Shown piece by piece: positions 7,204 to 15,863 of a stretch of 46,041 nt of DNA. Source of the DNA: Candidatus Iainarchaeum sp. (GTDB lineage Archaea > Iainarchaeota > Iainarchaeia > Iainarchaeales > GW2011-AR10). The stretch's first letter is position 1, and every line of letters starts with the position of its first letter. The stretch spans positions 1 through 46,041 of the forward strand of contig JACQJF010000039.1 of assembly GCA_016198165.1 (NCBI GenBank), given 5' to 3'. A program made the translations under genes and the position numbers. The notes under the pieces are model-generated. The model was not told the origin of the DNA. It saw only the letters and a program-made list of their open reading frames with translations, and made no database searches.

Positions 7204-8272
7204 CGTTTTTTTCCCGCTTCTTGCCTTCAAGCCGTTGTATGTACTTGTCTTTTGTGGAGATTATTTCCTTGAGGCTGTCCACAAGCTCCTGTTTTTCCGC
7301 CAGTTGTTTGCTCAGAAAGCTTATTTTTTTCCTGAAGTCTTCCTGTGCCTGGCTGCGCGCGTTTGTTTTTTCCTCTTCAAGCGAAAGAATCTGTTTCGAA
7401 TAAGCGTTCCTGAGTTTGAGTGTCTCGTTTTCAATGTCAAGCACTATGCGCTTTGCATAGTCGCGCTCTTTTTTCAGGGCCGTTGAGAGTTCAAGCATTT
7501 TTCCCCCCAGTTGCAGCTCGAGCTCTTCAAGGGTGCGGTGCTTTTCAACGGCCATTGAATGGGTTTGTTCAAGCTGCTCCATTGACCGGCGGTGCGATTC
7601 AAGTGATGCCTGTAAAAGTTTTTGTTCCTCGCCAAGCCTGCGGGACAAAATGCTGATGTCTTTTTCCATGTCCTGGCTCGTGTTGTCTTCAATGCGCGCA
7701 AGGTAGGAGTGTTTCCTGATTTCCTCGTATTTTCCGCGAAGAAGCTGGAGCTCTTTTTCTTTTTCCTCCAAGAGCTCGAGTATTTTTTTCGCGCCTTTTC
7801 CTGGTGCGTAATCAGGAGTGGTTTCCCTTCTTTCAAGGATGCTAAGCCTTTCGACAATGAACCGTGTCTTGAGCAGAACCGCAAGGACTTTCTGTTCAAG
7901 CGACGAATAGTTTTCAGTGTTCGTTATTTCATCCGCAATCAGGCCTATCCCTCTTTGCATGGTTTTTTTTGCCACGCTTTGCTCGATTTCCCTGTTTCTT
8001 TCGAGTATCTGCATGGTGGAACCGATTTCCTGGATATGGGTGTCAAGGCCTGCAAAGCTTTTTCCATCTTTTTCGAATGCCACGGCGGCTTCGCTGAACA
8101 TGCCCTTTATCTGTTCCAGCGAGTGGATTGTGTTTATGGCGGAATAAATGAACGAGGCGCGCGAGTGGTCTTTCCACTGCTTTGCATTAAGTCTGTCCTG
8201 CAGCCTGTCCACGGCCCCGGTTATTTTGTCCGAAACTGTTATTGAAAGCGCCATTTTTGACCAGAAATACAT
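7160..8272 (-). CDS. long coiled-coil protein, unknown function
   Basis: 370 aa, rich in E/K/L/Q heptad-like sequence (LEEKEKELQLLRGKYEEIRK, LEELELQLGGKMLELSTALKKERDYAK). An alternative start is ATG 8254 (MALSITVSD). The opposite-strand ORFs are F-rich and low-complexity. Confidence 0.6.
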   Translation of the reverse strand: MYFWSKMALSITVSDKITGAVDRLQDRLNAKQWKDHSRASFIYSAINTIHSLEQIKGMFSEAAVAFEKDGKSFAGLDTHIQEIGSTMQILERNREIEQSVAKKTMQRGIGLIADEITNTENYSSLEQKVLAVLLKTRFIVERLSILERRETTPDYAPGKGAKKILELLEEKEKELQLLRGKYEEIRKHSYLARIEDNTSQDMEKDISILSRRLGEEQKLLQASLESHRRSMEQLEQTHSMAVEKHRTLEELELQLGGKMLELSTALKKERDYAKRIVLDIENETLKLRNAYSKQILSLEEEKTNARSQAQEDFRKKISFLSKQLAEKQELVDSLKEIISTKDKYIQRLEGKKREKNVTGKPRKTTTSQPV

Positions 8273-8344
8273 TGGGCGTTGTATTATTTATTTGTTTTTG
8301 GGAATCAAAAATTTATTATACTACTTTGAATTGGATATTAGCGG

Positions 8345-9538
8345 ATGAAAAATTTGCTTTTGTTTTTCCTGGCCGCTCTTGCAGTGCTTTTGGCGGGCTG
8401 TCTTGGGGGGAATATCTCGGGTTCTGCGTTCAGTGCAGACCCGTCTTTTTCAGTTGAAAAAGTGAGGCAGCTCATAAACGACCCCAACGTGCTGGTGACG
8501 GAGAAAACCCTTGGCGGAGCGGCGATTTCCGCAAGCCTTAACGGCGCGGCCGCAGGTTGTGTCGGCTTGCTTCCCGAAAAACAGTATGTCCTGGTAGAGG
8601 CTTCTGCCCCGGCGACGAATTATTCGATTGTGCTTGACGGCGACAAAGTCATGTGCGTCATGCGCAAGGAAAGGCTGGCTGACGAGTGCAGCACTGCCGG
8701 GGACTGTGATGACGGCCTGTCTTCAACGACTGACTCGTGCAGCGGAACGCCAAAAATCTGCCTCAGCCAGAGGACAACTGAGTGCAAAAGCGGGGATTCT
8801 TTTTGCCCCGCTTCCTGCCTGAAAGGCACTGACTCGGATTGCGTGAGGGAATGTTTCGTGGATTCCACGTGCGATGACTCGGACCTGACGACAAAAGATT
8901 ACTGCGGCGGGGCACTGCAGCGCTGTATCCACGAGAAATTGTTTGTGGGGGGCAAGGAAGTGATTGCATGCTCTGCTGACGAGGAGTGCGTTGCGGAAAA
9001 CGTGTGCAGCACGGGGTCATGCGTTGAAGGCCTGTGTGTTTTTGGTGTCAAGCCAAATGGCACGGTGTGTGATTCCTCCAAGGACATGGAGTGCTTTGAC
9101 GGGGAGTGCGTGAAGGCAACTGAAAATCCCATTCGCCTGGTTAAAACAAAACTTGAATGGGTTAATGATGATAGCCCTGCCGGGAAAGTCTTAGTAACTG
9201 CCAATGCAAGCAAGTTAAGTATTTTTGAGGGCAAGTATGGAACGGATTTATCCTTCATGAAATCGGTTTTTGACGTTGAATGTTCAACCGGGGCATGCTT
9301 CAAGAGAACCAGCATTGATCACTCGGTTGAATTCACGGACCTCGTAGTGGCACAAGAATATTATTATACTATTTTTGCATTCGGCTTGTCAGAGTTAACC
9401 GTTTCCAAGACAGAAACTTTGTCGTTTTTTACCTGCCCCGGTCGATGTGATGACTCTGACGAGTGCACTGCCGACTCGTGCGATATTTCAACCGGAAAAT
9501 GTGACTACAAAAAGGATGAACAAAACCCTTCCTGTTGA
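8345..9538 (+). CDS. secreted Cys-rich lipoprotein-like protein
   Basis: Signal peptide with a lipobox-like LLAGC. Three CDDxxxxTxDxCxxxxxxC motifs are present (CDDGLSSTTDSCSGTPKIC, CDDSDLTTKDYCGGALQRC, CDDSDECTADSCDISTGKC), plus a CxxGxC-rich stretch and a beta-rich middle domain. Confidence 0.7.
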   Translation: MKNLLLFFLAALAVLLAGCLGGNISGSAFSADPSFSVEKVRQLINDPNVLVTEKTLGGAAISASLNGAAAGCVGLLPEKQYVLVEASAPATNYSIVLDGDKVMCVMRKERLADECSTAGDCDDGLSSTTDSCSGTPKICLSQRTTECKSGDSFCPASCLKGTDSDCVRECFVDSTCDDSDLTTKDYCGGALQRCIHEKLFVGGKEVIACSADEECVAENVCSTGSCVEGLCVFGVKPNGTVCDSSKDMECFDGECVKATENPIRLVKTKLEWVNDDSPAGKVLVTANASKLSIFEGKYGTDLSFMKSVFDVECSTGACFKRTSIDHSVEFTDLVVAQEYYYTIFAFGLSELTVSKTETLSFFTCPGRCDDSDECTADSCDISTGKCDYKKDEQNPSC

Positions 9539-9596
9539 AGTTTTAAAATGTTTTAAGGCGATTTTTAGCGAAAAAACAATGCCTTCCAATCCCCCG

Positions 9597-9610
9597 AAAA
9601 TAATATAAAT
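9597..9610 (+). promoter_or_regulatory. TATA-like box upstream of the giant gene
   Basis: aaaataatataaat lies about 28-40 nt upstream of ATG 9638. Confidence 0.4.
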
Positions 9611-9637
9611 AACAAGAGATATTATTTTGGGCTATAC

Positions 9638-12600
9638 ATGAAGAGATTATTGCTGGTTTTTTCACTGTTTTTATTTTTCGGCCTGACTTCAGTGGCCCAG
9701 AACTCCTGCACTTACGAAAATTACTGGTATTGTTACTCGCAGGGCGAGTGCACGGGCGTTGGGCGCAACTGGTGCAGCACTTATTGTTCCTCAAGCGAGT
9801 GCCCCACTTGTTCTTCCCAAACCCCTTGGAATTGTTATGACCAGCCTTCGTGCACTGGTGCGGGCGGTTACTGGTGCAACAATTATTGCCAGTCTCAAGC
9901 ATGCCAGACTTGTTCATCACAATACCCTTCTTACTGCACTACTGAAGCAACCTGTACTTCTGCAGGCCTTTACTGGTGCAACGGATACTGCCAAAGTTCC
10001 TCGTGTGGCGGTGGAGGAGGTGGTTACTGTGGTGACGGCACGTGTAACAACAGTGAAACTTCCGGTTCGTGCCCTTCAGACTGCGGGGGAAACACATGCA
10101 GGGTAGGCTATTCTGGTTATTGTTACACTCAAGCAGATTGCACAGGCATAGGTGCCAATTGGTGCGGCAGTTGGTGTACAACCGGCAGCTGTCCCACTTG
10201 TTCTTCCCAAATGCCGGGTAATTGCAGCACGCAGTCTACTTGCACGGGGGCAGGCGCCAACTGGTGCCAGGGCGGCTCGGATTATCACTATTGCACTTCG
10301 AGTGTGTGCCCTGTCTGCTCAAGGGAATCTACGGGAAATTGTTATACCGAGGCTCAATGCACCACTGCGGGAGCCAATTGGTGCAGTGCGGGTAATAATG
10401 GCTGGTGCACTACGTCTTCGTGCCCCGTTTGTTCTTCTTCAACCCTGGGAAATTGTTATGACTCTGCCGCGTGCACCAATGCCGGTGCTTACTGGTGCAC
10501 TTCAAGCGGTGGTGGCGGTGGCTGGTGCAATAGTTCCCAGTGCCCGACCTGCAATTCCTCGAACCTGAGTTACTGCAGCACGCAGACTGACTGCACGACC
10601 GCGGGCGGCGCGTGGTGCAACGGGTATTGCTCGTACTCGTGCGGTGGCGGGGGGTACAACTACACATGCAGTTCGAACAACCCAAGCTATTGTTACTCTG
10701 AATCAGAATGCAGCACTGTTGGCGCACAGTGGTGCAAGTCAAGCGGTGGTGGCAGTGGCTGGTGCTCTTTTTCATGCCCTACTTGTTCTTCTTCGTCTGT
10801 CTGGAACTGTTATGATTCTTCTTCATGCAGTGGTGCCGGCGGCAACTGGTGCGGTTCCGGCAACAGTGCCTGGTGCAGCAGTTCTGCCTGTCCCGTTTGT
10901 TCTTCAGGCAACTATTGGAACTGTTATGACCAGGGTTCATGCACTACTGCCGGTGCACAGTGGTGCACGTCTTCTGCTGGCGGCAGTGGCTGGTGTTCAA
11001 ACTCGTGCCCTGTGTGCTCCAAGGATTCGGCGTGGAACTGTTATACCCAGGGCGAGTGCAGCACTGCGGGTGCACAGTGGTGCACAAGCGGTTATGGCTC
11101 CGGTTGGTGCTCGACTTCCTGCCCGGTCTGCTCCTCTTCTTCAACCTACAATTGTTACACTGAATCGGAATGCACTACAGCAGGCGCAGAGTGGTGCGGC
11201 ACTTACTGTTCCTCGTCATGCCCGGTTTGCAACAAGGAGCAGCCCTGGAGCTGTTACAACAAGGACGCCTGCACGGGAGCGGGGGCGCAGTGGTGCGGCA
11301 CTTATTGTTCATCCAGCTGCCCGACTTGTGCAAACTCCCAGTTGTGGAATTGCTATGACGAGTCCTCGTGCACTGGTGCAAGCGGGAGCTGGTGCGAGTC
11401 ACAAAGCATGTCCAGTTATTCTTATTCTTCGGGTTGGTGTTCATCTTCCTGCCCGACCTGCTCTTCTTCAAGCGCGTGGAATTGTTATGACGAGTCCTCG
11501 TGCACTGGTGCGAGCGGCAACTGGTGCAAGTCAGGCGGCGGCTATGGCTGGTGCTCGACTTCCTCGTGCCCTGTCTGCAGCAAGGACCAGACGTGGAGCT
11601 GCTACACCAAGTCAGACTGTACGACTGCGGGGGCCAATTGGTGCGGTTCGGAGGCAAGCGGGTGGTGCTCGACTTCCCAGTGCCCGACATGTTCTTCAAG
11701 CAATTACTGGAACTGTTATGATGACTCCTCCTGTACAAGTGCGGGTGCGAAGTGGTGCCAGACAAGCAGCGGCTCTGGGGTTTCTGGCGGCAGTTCGGGT
11801 TATTGTTCTTCAAACTGCCCCACGTGTTCTTCTTCCAGCACGTGGAATTGTTTTTCCGAGTCAACCTGCAAGGCGGCTTCCGCCAATTGGTGCACGGGCA
11901 AAGGCGGTTACGGGTGGTGCTCCACCTATAACTGCCCGTCATGCGGCAAGTCAAGCCCCGGCAACTGCTCCACGCAGGGCCAGTGCACGGGCGCGGGCCT
12001 TGAATGGTGCGATTCAGGCAGCGGTTCGGGCTGGTGCAGCACGTCCTGCCCCAAGTGCTCTTTGGAGAAACCGGGCAATTGCCTTAACCAGTCAAGCTGC
12101 ACAAGCGCGGGTGCAGAGTGGTGCGGCTCGTATTGTGTCGCGGACTCGTGCCCGTCATGTGACCTTTCAAGCCCCTGGAACTGCGTGACCGAGAGCACGT
12201 GCGCCGGCGCGGGGGGAAAATGGTGCTCTGACGCAAGCGGTGAAGGCTCTTTTTGCGGAACTTCCTGCAAAGTGTGCGAGGTTTCAAACCTCGCCAACTG
12301 CCTCTCAGAAGACTCGTGCGTGAATGTCGGGGGCAATTGGTGCGGTTCCTGGTGCAGTGACACTGCATGCCCATTGTGCGACCCGGATAAGCCCGAGAGC
12401 TGCCAGACAAAAGTCGACTGCGAAGCGGTTGGCGCCAAGTGGTGTGCGTCAAAAGACGGGGCTTTTTACTGCAGTGAAACCTGCCCAGTGTGCAATGAAA
12501 GCGAGTTGTACAATTGCTCTGACCAGGCTACCTGCAACAGCGTTGGCGGAGATTGGTGCGGTTCATATTGTTCAACAGAATGCCAGGTGTGCTCTGACGA

Positions 12601-15301
12601 GTCCCCGTGGAGCTGCCTCTCGCAGGGAGATTGTGATGCCTCCGGCGGCGAGTGGTGCGGAAGCCAGGCAGAGGGCTGGTGTTCCGAGTCATGCACGGAA
12701 TGCACCGCCGATGACTTTGCAAGCTGTGCCACCCAGTCAGAGTGCCTTGAAAGCACTGGCCAGTGGTGCGTTGACCCGGCAACAGGGACAAGTTATTGCG
12801 CAGCTTCATGCGGTGCATGTTCAATTGAAACCCCGTGGAACTGCCTTGGCTCCGCCGACTGCGGGGCGACAGGCGGGACCTGGTGCGGTTCTTATTGCTC
12901 GGCAGGTTCCTGCAGTGAATGCAAACAAGACCACCCGTGGAACTGCGCAAGCTTTAGTTCATGCGAGGAAATAGGCGCGAATTGGTGCCTGCCACAGGGA
13001 AGCGGGTATGGCTACTGCTCCGGCGAAGAATGCTCCAAGTGTTCCACTCAAACGCCATGGCTTTGCCTTGACGAGACAAGCTGTGTTGAAAACAGCGCCA
13101 ATTGGTGCGGAACCTACTGTTCAACCGGTTCCTGCCCTGTGTGTGACCAGCAAACACTTTCCAATTGCTTTACCAAGGAATCCTGCCAGGAAACGGGCGG
13201 CGATTGGTGCGTTTCAGCCACCGCAAACAACGGCTGGTGCTCGAATTCCTGCCCTGTGTGCGACAAGGATTCCCCGTGGAACTGTTACTCTGAACAGGAG
13301 TGCCTCGGGGCAAACGCGCAATGGTGCGCAAGCAGCGGCAGTTCAAGCGCCCAAAACACTTCTTATTACGCCGGTTCCTCCTATTGTTCCAATTCTTGCC
13401 CGACCTGTTCAACCGAAACCGCTTGGAATTGCGGCGACAAGGACTCGTGCCTCTCAAACGGCGGCAACTGGTGCGGGAATTACTGCTCCACTTCTTCGTG
13501 CCCGATTTGTTCTCCCGACTCGCAGTGGTACTGTTACACGGAGCAGGCCTGCCAAACGGCAGGCGGCAATTGGTGCAACTCGCACTGCTCCTCAAGCACA
13601 TGCCCGGTTTGCACAGGCGAAGACCCGTGGAGTTGTTACAGCCAGGAATCCTGCACAGAAGCAGGAGCCCAGTGGTGCGGAACCTATTGTTCTACAAACT
13701 GCCCTTCGTGCAGCAATGATTCCTCGTGGAATTGCTCCACGAAAGAAACCTGCCTTGGCGTCGGCGCCAATTGGTGCGCCACTTATTGTTCCACCCAGGC
13801 GTGCCCCCAGTGCACAGGCGAAAACCCCTGGGCATGCACGGACGAAGAAACCTGCGGTGGTGTGAGTGGCAATTGGTGCCAACCCACTTGGGAGGGAGGG
13901 AAAGGATGGTGCACGGATTACTCGTGCCCCGCTCCGCAATTGTACGCGGTGTGCGGTGACGCGGCATGTGAAAGCGGCCTTGGCGAAAACAGCCTTAACT
14001 GCTCCAGGGATTGTGAAGCACAGCCGCCAGTGACTGCTTCCCTTGACTGCCGTGACGTGCTTGACGAGGCAACAGGCTTCACCAGGACAGAGTGCACAGG
14101 CGGGCCAGTTGAAGAGCACGTGTGCTTTGAAGAACCCCAAGGAGTGCTTGATACTTGTTTGTCTGTAGGTGGAATACCGGAAAACCTGGTTGACGAGTTC
14201 GGCTGCCCACTCACAAACTGCGTCCTGCCTGGTGCGACAGAGGAGATTTTCCTTGAAAAAGAATGCCTGCCACAAGAACAGGTAGACTTGTTTGTTTCCG
14301 AGTGTGAAAAAAACGGGTTAAAACCGGTGGTTGAGGCGGGCATTGACGGGTGCTTTGAACCGCGCTGTGAAGGGCATGAAGAGACGCTCACAGAGTCATG
14401 CAGGCAATACACGCCGGAAGAAATAAGCGAGGCGGAAAACAATTGCGCAGTGCAGTTAGGTGCCCTGGATTACAGGTTTAACGAGAACGGCTGCAAGGAA
14501 CCTATGTGTGTCACGCTTAACGAGAACCTGTGCTACCAGGTTCCAGAGGGGGCAAAGAAGCTCTGTGCGGCAGACGGCGGGGAAATGGTTGAAGTAAGGG
14601 ACGAGGCAGGGTGTGTGACTTACTCATACTGCCTGGGCAGTGCAGGCAGTGACTTTGAATTCGAGCCTGTGAAACAACTGCCCTCGCGCGAAGAAATAGA
14701 CGCAGTGATTGACGAGCTTGCAGGGCTCCAGGCGGCAATAGAAGTAGTCGCGGAAAAACTCGGCACCCTGAAGACATTTTTCGAATCCGCGTCAGACACC
14801 ACTAACATGCACAAGGTTGAAGTCGCAAAATCAATGCTTGAAGGCTCTGCGGAATCCCTCCGGGAAATGAGGGAGTTTTTGTTCCAGAATTCCTCATCCG
14901 TCACGGTTGAAGAACTCTCGGGATTCAGGGCGGAACTTGGGAACATAAGCAAGTCGCTTGAAAAAGCCCTCGGAGTCCTACTCGGGGCATTTGGCACTGG
15001 CACTGCGGAGGAAAACAATTGCGGCTCGAACATGGATTGCCTCCAGGATAACTTGTCGACCTGCACGCCATCAACCGCGACCCTGTTTGACACTGGAGTA
15101 ACTTTCAACGTTTCAATCGAAGGCATTGAAGGGCAAAGATGCTCCATGAACGTTGACGCGGTTGTGGATAACGAGCCATTGTCAATGGCCTGCAGGTATG
15201 CCGGGTATGCCAACGGCGCCCTGGGCGGAGAGGACACGGAAGGCTTTTTGGATTCATGTGAAGGCACTCTTTTGGAGTACATGCTCTTGAAGGTAGAGTG
15301 A
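9638..15301 (+). CDS. giant secreted cysteine-rich tandem-repeat protein (1887 aa)
   Basis: Sec signal MKRLLLVFSLFLFFGLTSVAQ, then about 36-38 modules of 33-49 aa with the pattern C-P-x-C-x7-C-x5-C-x7-(W)C-x3..17-(W/Y)C. These are followed by four 4-Cys modules, a helical Cys-free stretch and a terminal Cys-containing domain. It is the only frame with a coherent repeat architecture. Confidence 0.85.
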   Translation: MKRLLLVFSLFLFFGLTSVAQNSCTYENYWYCYSQGECTGVGRNWCSTYCSSSECPTCSSQTPWNCYDQPSCTGAGGYWCNNYCQSQACQTCSSQYPSYCTTEATCTSAGLYWCNGYCQSSSCGGGGGGYCGDGTCNNSETSGSCPSDCGGNTCRVGYSGYCYTQADCTGIGANWCGSWCTTGSCPTCSSQMPGNCSTQSTCTGAGANWCQGGSDYHYCTSSVCPVCSRESTGNCYTEAQCTTAGANWCSAGNNGWCTTSSCPVCSSSTLGNCYDSAACTNAGAYWCTSSGGGGGWCNSSQCPTCNSSNLSYCSTQTDCTTAGGAWCNGYCSYSCGGGGYNYTCSSNNPSYCYSESECSTVGAQWCKSSGGGSGWCSFSCPTCSSSSVWNCYDSSSCSGAGGNWCGSGNSAWCSSSACPVCSSGNYWNCYDQGSCTTAGAQWCTSSAGGSGWCSNSCPVCSKDSAWNCYTQGECSTAGAQWCTSGYGSGWCSTSCPVCSSSSTYNCYTESECTTAGAEWCGTYCSSSCPVCNKEQPWSCYNKDACTGAGAQWCGTYCSSSCPTCANSQLWNCYDESSCTGASGSWCESQSMSSYSYSSGWCSSSCPTCSSSSAWNCYDESSCTGASGNWCKSGGGYGWCSTSSCPVCSKDQTWSCYTKSDCTTAGANWCGSEASGWCSTSQCPTCSSSNYWNCYDDSSCTSAGAKWCQTSSGSGVSGGSSGYCSSNCPTCSSSSTWNCFSESTCKAASANWCTGKGGYGWCSTYNCPSCGKSSPGNCSTQGQCTGAGLEWCDSGSGSGWCSTSCPKCSLEKPGNCLNQSSCTSAGAEWCGSYCVADSCPSCDLSSPWNCVTESTCAGAGGKWCSDASGEGSFCGTSCKVCEVSNLANCLSEDSCVNVGGNWCGSWCSDTACPLCDPDKPESCQTKVDCEAVGAKWCASKDGAFYCSETCPVCNESELYNCSDQATCNSVGGDWCGSYCSTECQVCSDESPWSCLSQGDCDASGGEWCGSQAEGWCSESCTECTADDFASCATQSECLESTGQWCVDPATGTSYCAASCGACSIETPWNCLGSADCGATGGTWCGSYCSAGSCSECKQDHPWNCASFSSCEEIGANWCLPQGSGYGYCSGEECSKCSTQTPWLCLDETSCVENSANWCGTYCSTGSCPVCDQQTLSNCFTKESCQETGGDWCVSATANNGWCSNSCPVCDKDSPWNCYSEQECLGANAQWCASSGSSSAQNTSYYAGSSYCSNSCPTCSTETAWNCGDKDSCLSNGGNWCGNYCSTSSCPICSPDSQWYCYTEQACQTAGGNWCNSHCSSSTCPVCTGEDPWSCYSQESCTEAGAQWCGTYCSTNCPSCSNDSSWNCSTKETCLGVGANWCATYCSTQACPQCTGENPWACTDEETCGGVSGNWCQPTWEGGKGWCTDYSCPAPQLYAVCGDAACESGLGENSLNCSRDCEAQPPVTASLDCRDVLDEATGFTRTECTGGPVEEHVCFEEPQGVLDTCLSVGGIPENLVDEFGCPLTNCVLPGATEEIFLEKECLPQEQVDLFVSECEKNGLKPVVEAGIDGCFEPRCEGHEETLTESCRQYTPEEISEAENNCAVQLGALDYRFNENGCKEPMCVTLNENLCYQVPEGAKKLCAADGGEMVEVRDEAGCVTYSYCLGSAGSDFEFEPVKQLPSREEIDAVIDELAGLQAAIEVVAEKLGTLKTFFESASDTTNMHKVEVAKSMLEGSAESLREMREFLFQNSSSVTVEELSGFRAELGNISKSLEKALGVLLGAFGTGTAEENNCGSNMDCLQDNLSTCTPSTATLFDTGVTFNVSIEGIEGQRCSMNVDAVVDNEPLSMACRYAGYANGALGGEDTEGFLDSCEGTLLEYMLLKVE
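9707..13925 (+). repeat. in-frame tandem array of ~100-150-nt coding repeats
   Basis: The codon series TGCCC(N)(N)(N)NTG(C/T)... recurs, encoding CPxCS...WNCY...C..AGa.WC...GWCS.S. Neighbouring units can be near-identical over about 45 nt (for example 11351-11400 vs 11484-11533). Confidence 0.8.
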
Positions 15302-15306
15302 AAAAA

Positions 15307-15708
15307 ATGCGCCAGGTTGAATTGTTTGGCAGGAAAGTCGACGCGATTGTCATAATAGCAGTAGTCACGATAATCGCGGGCCTCGCTTTTTATGCTTACA
15401 CCGGCTTGTCCCCAAAGCAGGGAAAACCGTCAGGGGAGCTTGAGCAGCAGATAGCGGAGAGGATAAAAGCCGGGATTTCCGTGGACTCAAAGGAGGACGC
15501 GCGCGACTCGATTGCCTCAATCAGCCAGGAGCTGGAAAACCTCCGCGGAGCGGTCTCAAAAGCAAACAATGGCCTTGAAGGAAAACCATCGACCGGCCCC
15601 ACGGGCCTCGTGTTCTTTGCGCAAGTCGCGATAACCCTGGCAATCCTTGCCTCGCTTGCCGCACTCCTATTCCACTTCGCAGTCACGCGCGGAAAAAACC
15701 TCAAATAA
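15307..15708 (+). CDS. two-TM membrane protein (N- and C-terminal anchors)
   Basis: ATG 15307 lies 6 nt after the giant gene's stop; the tracked ORF starts at GTG 15298, overlapping that stop. It has an N-terminal helix AIVIIAVVTIIAGLAFYAY, a hydrophilic helical middle, and a C-terminal helix LVFFAQVAITLAILASLAALLFHFAV plus a basic tail TRGKNLK. Confidence 0.6.
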   Translation: MRQVELFGRKVDAIVIIAVVTIIAGLAFYAYTGLSPKQGKPSGELEQQIAERIKAGISVDSKEDARDSIASISQELENLRGAVSKANNGLEGKPSTGPTGLVFFAQVAITLAILASLAALLFHFAVTRGKNLK

Positions 15709-15709
15709 G
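15670..15709 (+). repeat. 40-nt direct repeat, copy 1 (3' end of CDS 15307..15708)
   Basis: ttccacttcgcagtcacgcgcggaaaaaacctcaaataag differs at one position from 16681..16720. The last 31 nt are identical. Confidence 0.9.
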
Positions 15710-15745
15710 TTTTTATATTTGGCCCAATAACAAACCGCCAGTATC

Positions 15746-15842
15746 TATAGCAAACTGCTTATATTTTTGAACATTTTTGGTGCAGTTTGCTATTTATGCA
15801 AAGAGCAATTATAAAGTTCAAATATTTATGCTCTTTGCTATA
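15746..15842. repeat. double-hairpin repeat, copy B (97 nt; inverted relative to copy A)
   Basis: It is the reverse complement of 4155..4250 with one extra t (gctatttatgc vs gctattatgc). It lies between convergent gene ends, 37 nt after direct-repeat copy 1. Confidence 0.85.
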
Positions 15843-15863
15843 TGTCTACCCTTATTTTCACTT

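Noticed and set aside
10644-12188. 514-aa ORF in a second forward frame inside the giant gene, plus other long shadow ORFs (10152..10568, 12324..12974, 13008..13865, 11175..11954 minus, 11926..12438 minus, 13592..14275 minus, 14620..15282 minus)
   Set aside because: Their products are low-complexity Ala/Arg/Pro/Thr strings with no repeat logic. They exist because the TGC/TGG/AGC/GGC-rich codon series of the real frame contains almost no stop triplets in other frames.
9707-13925. Regular ~100-150-nt periodicity that could superficially suggest a CRISPR-like or satellite array
   Set aside because: The repeat units are divergent, vary in length, lie in frame within one long ORF, and are conserved at the protein level (Cys/Trp positions). 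There is no invariant short repeat with unique spacers and there are no cas genes.
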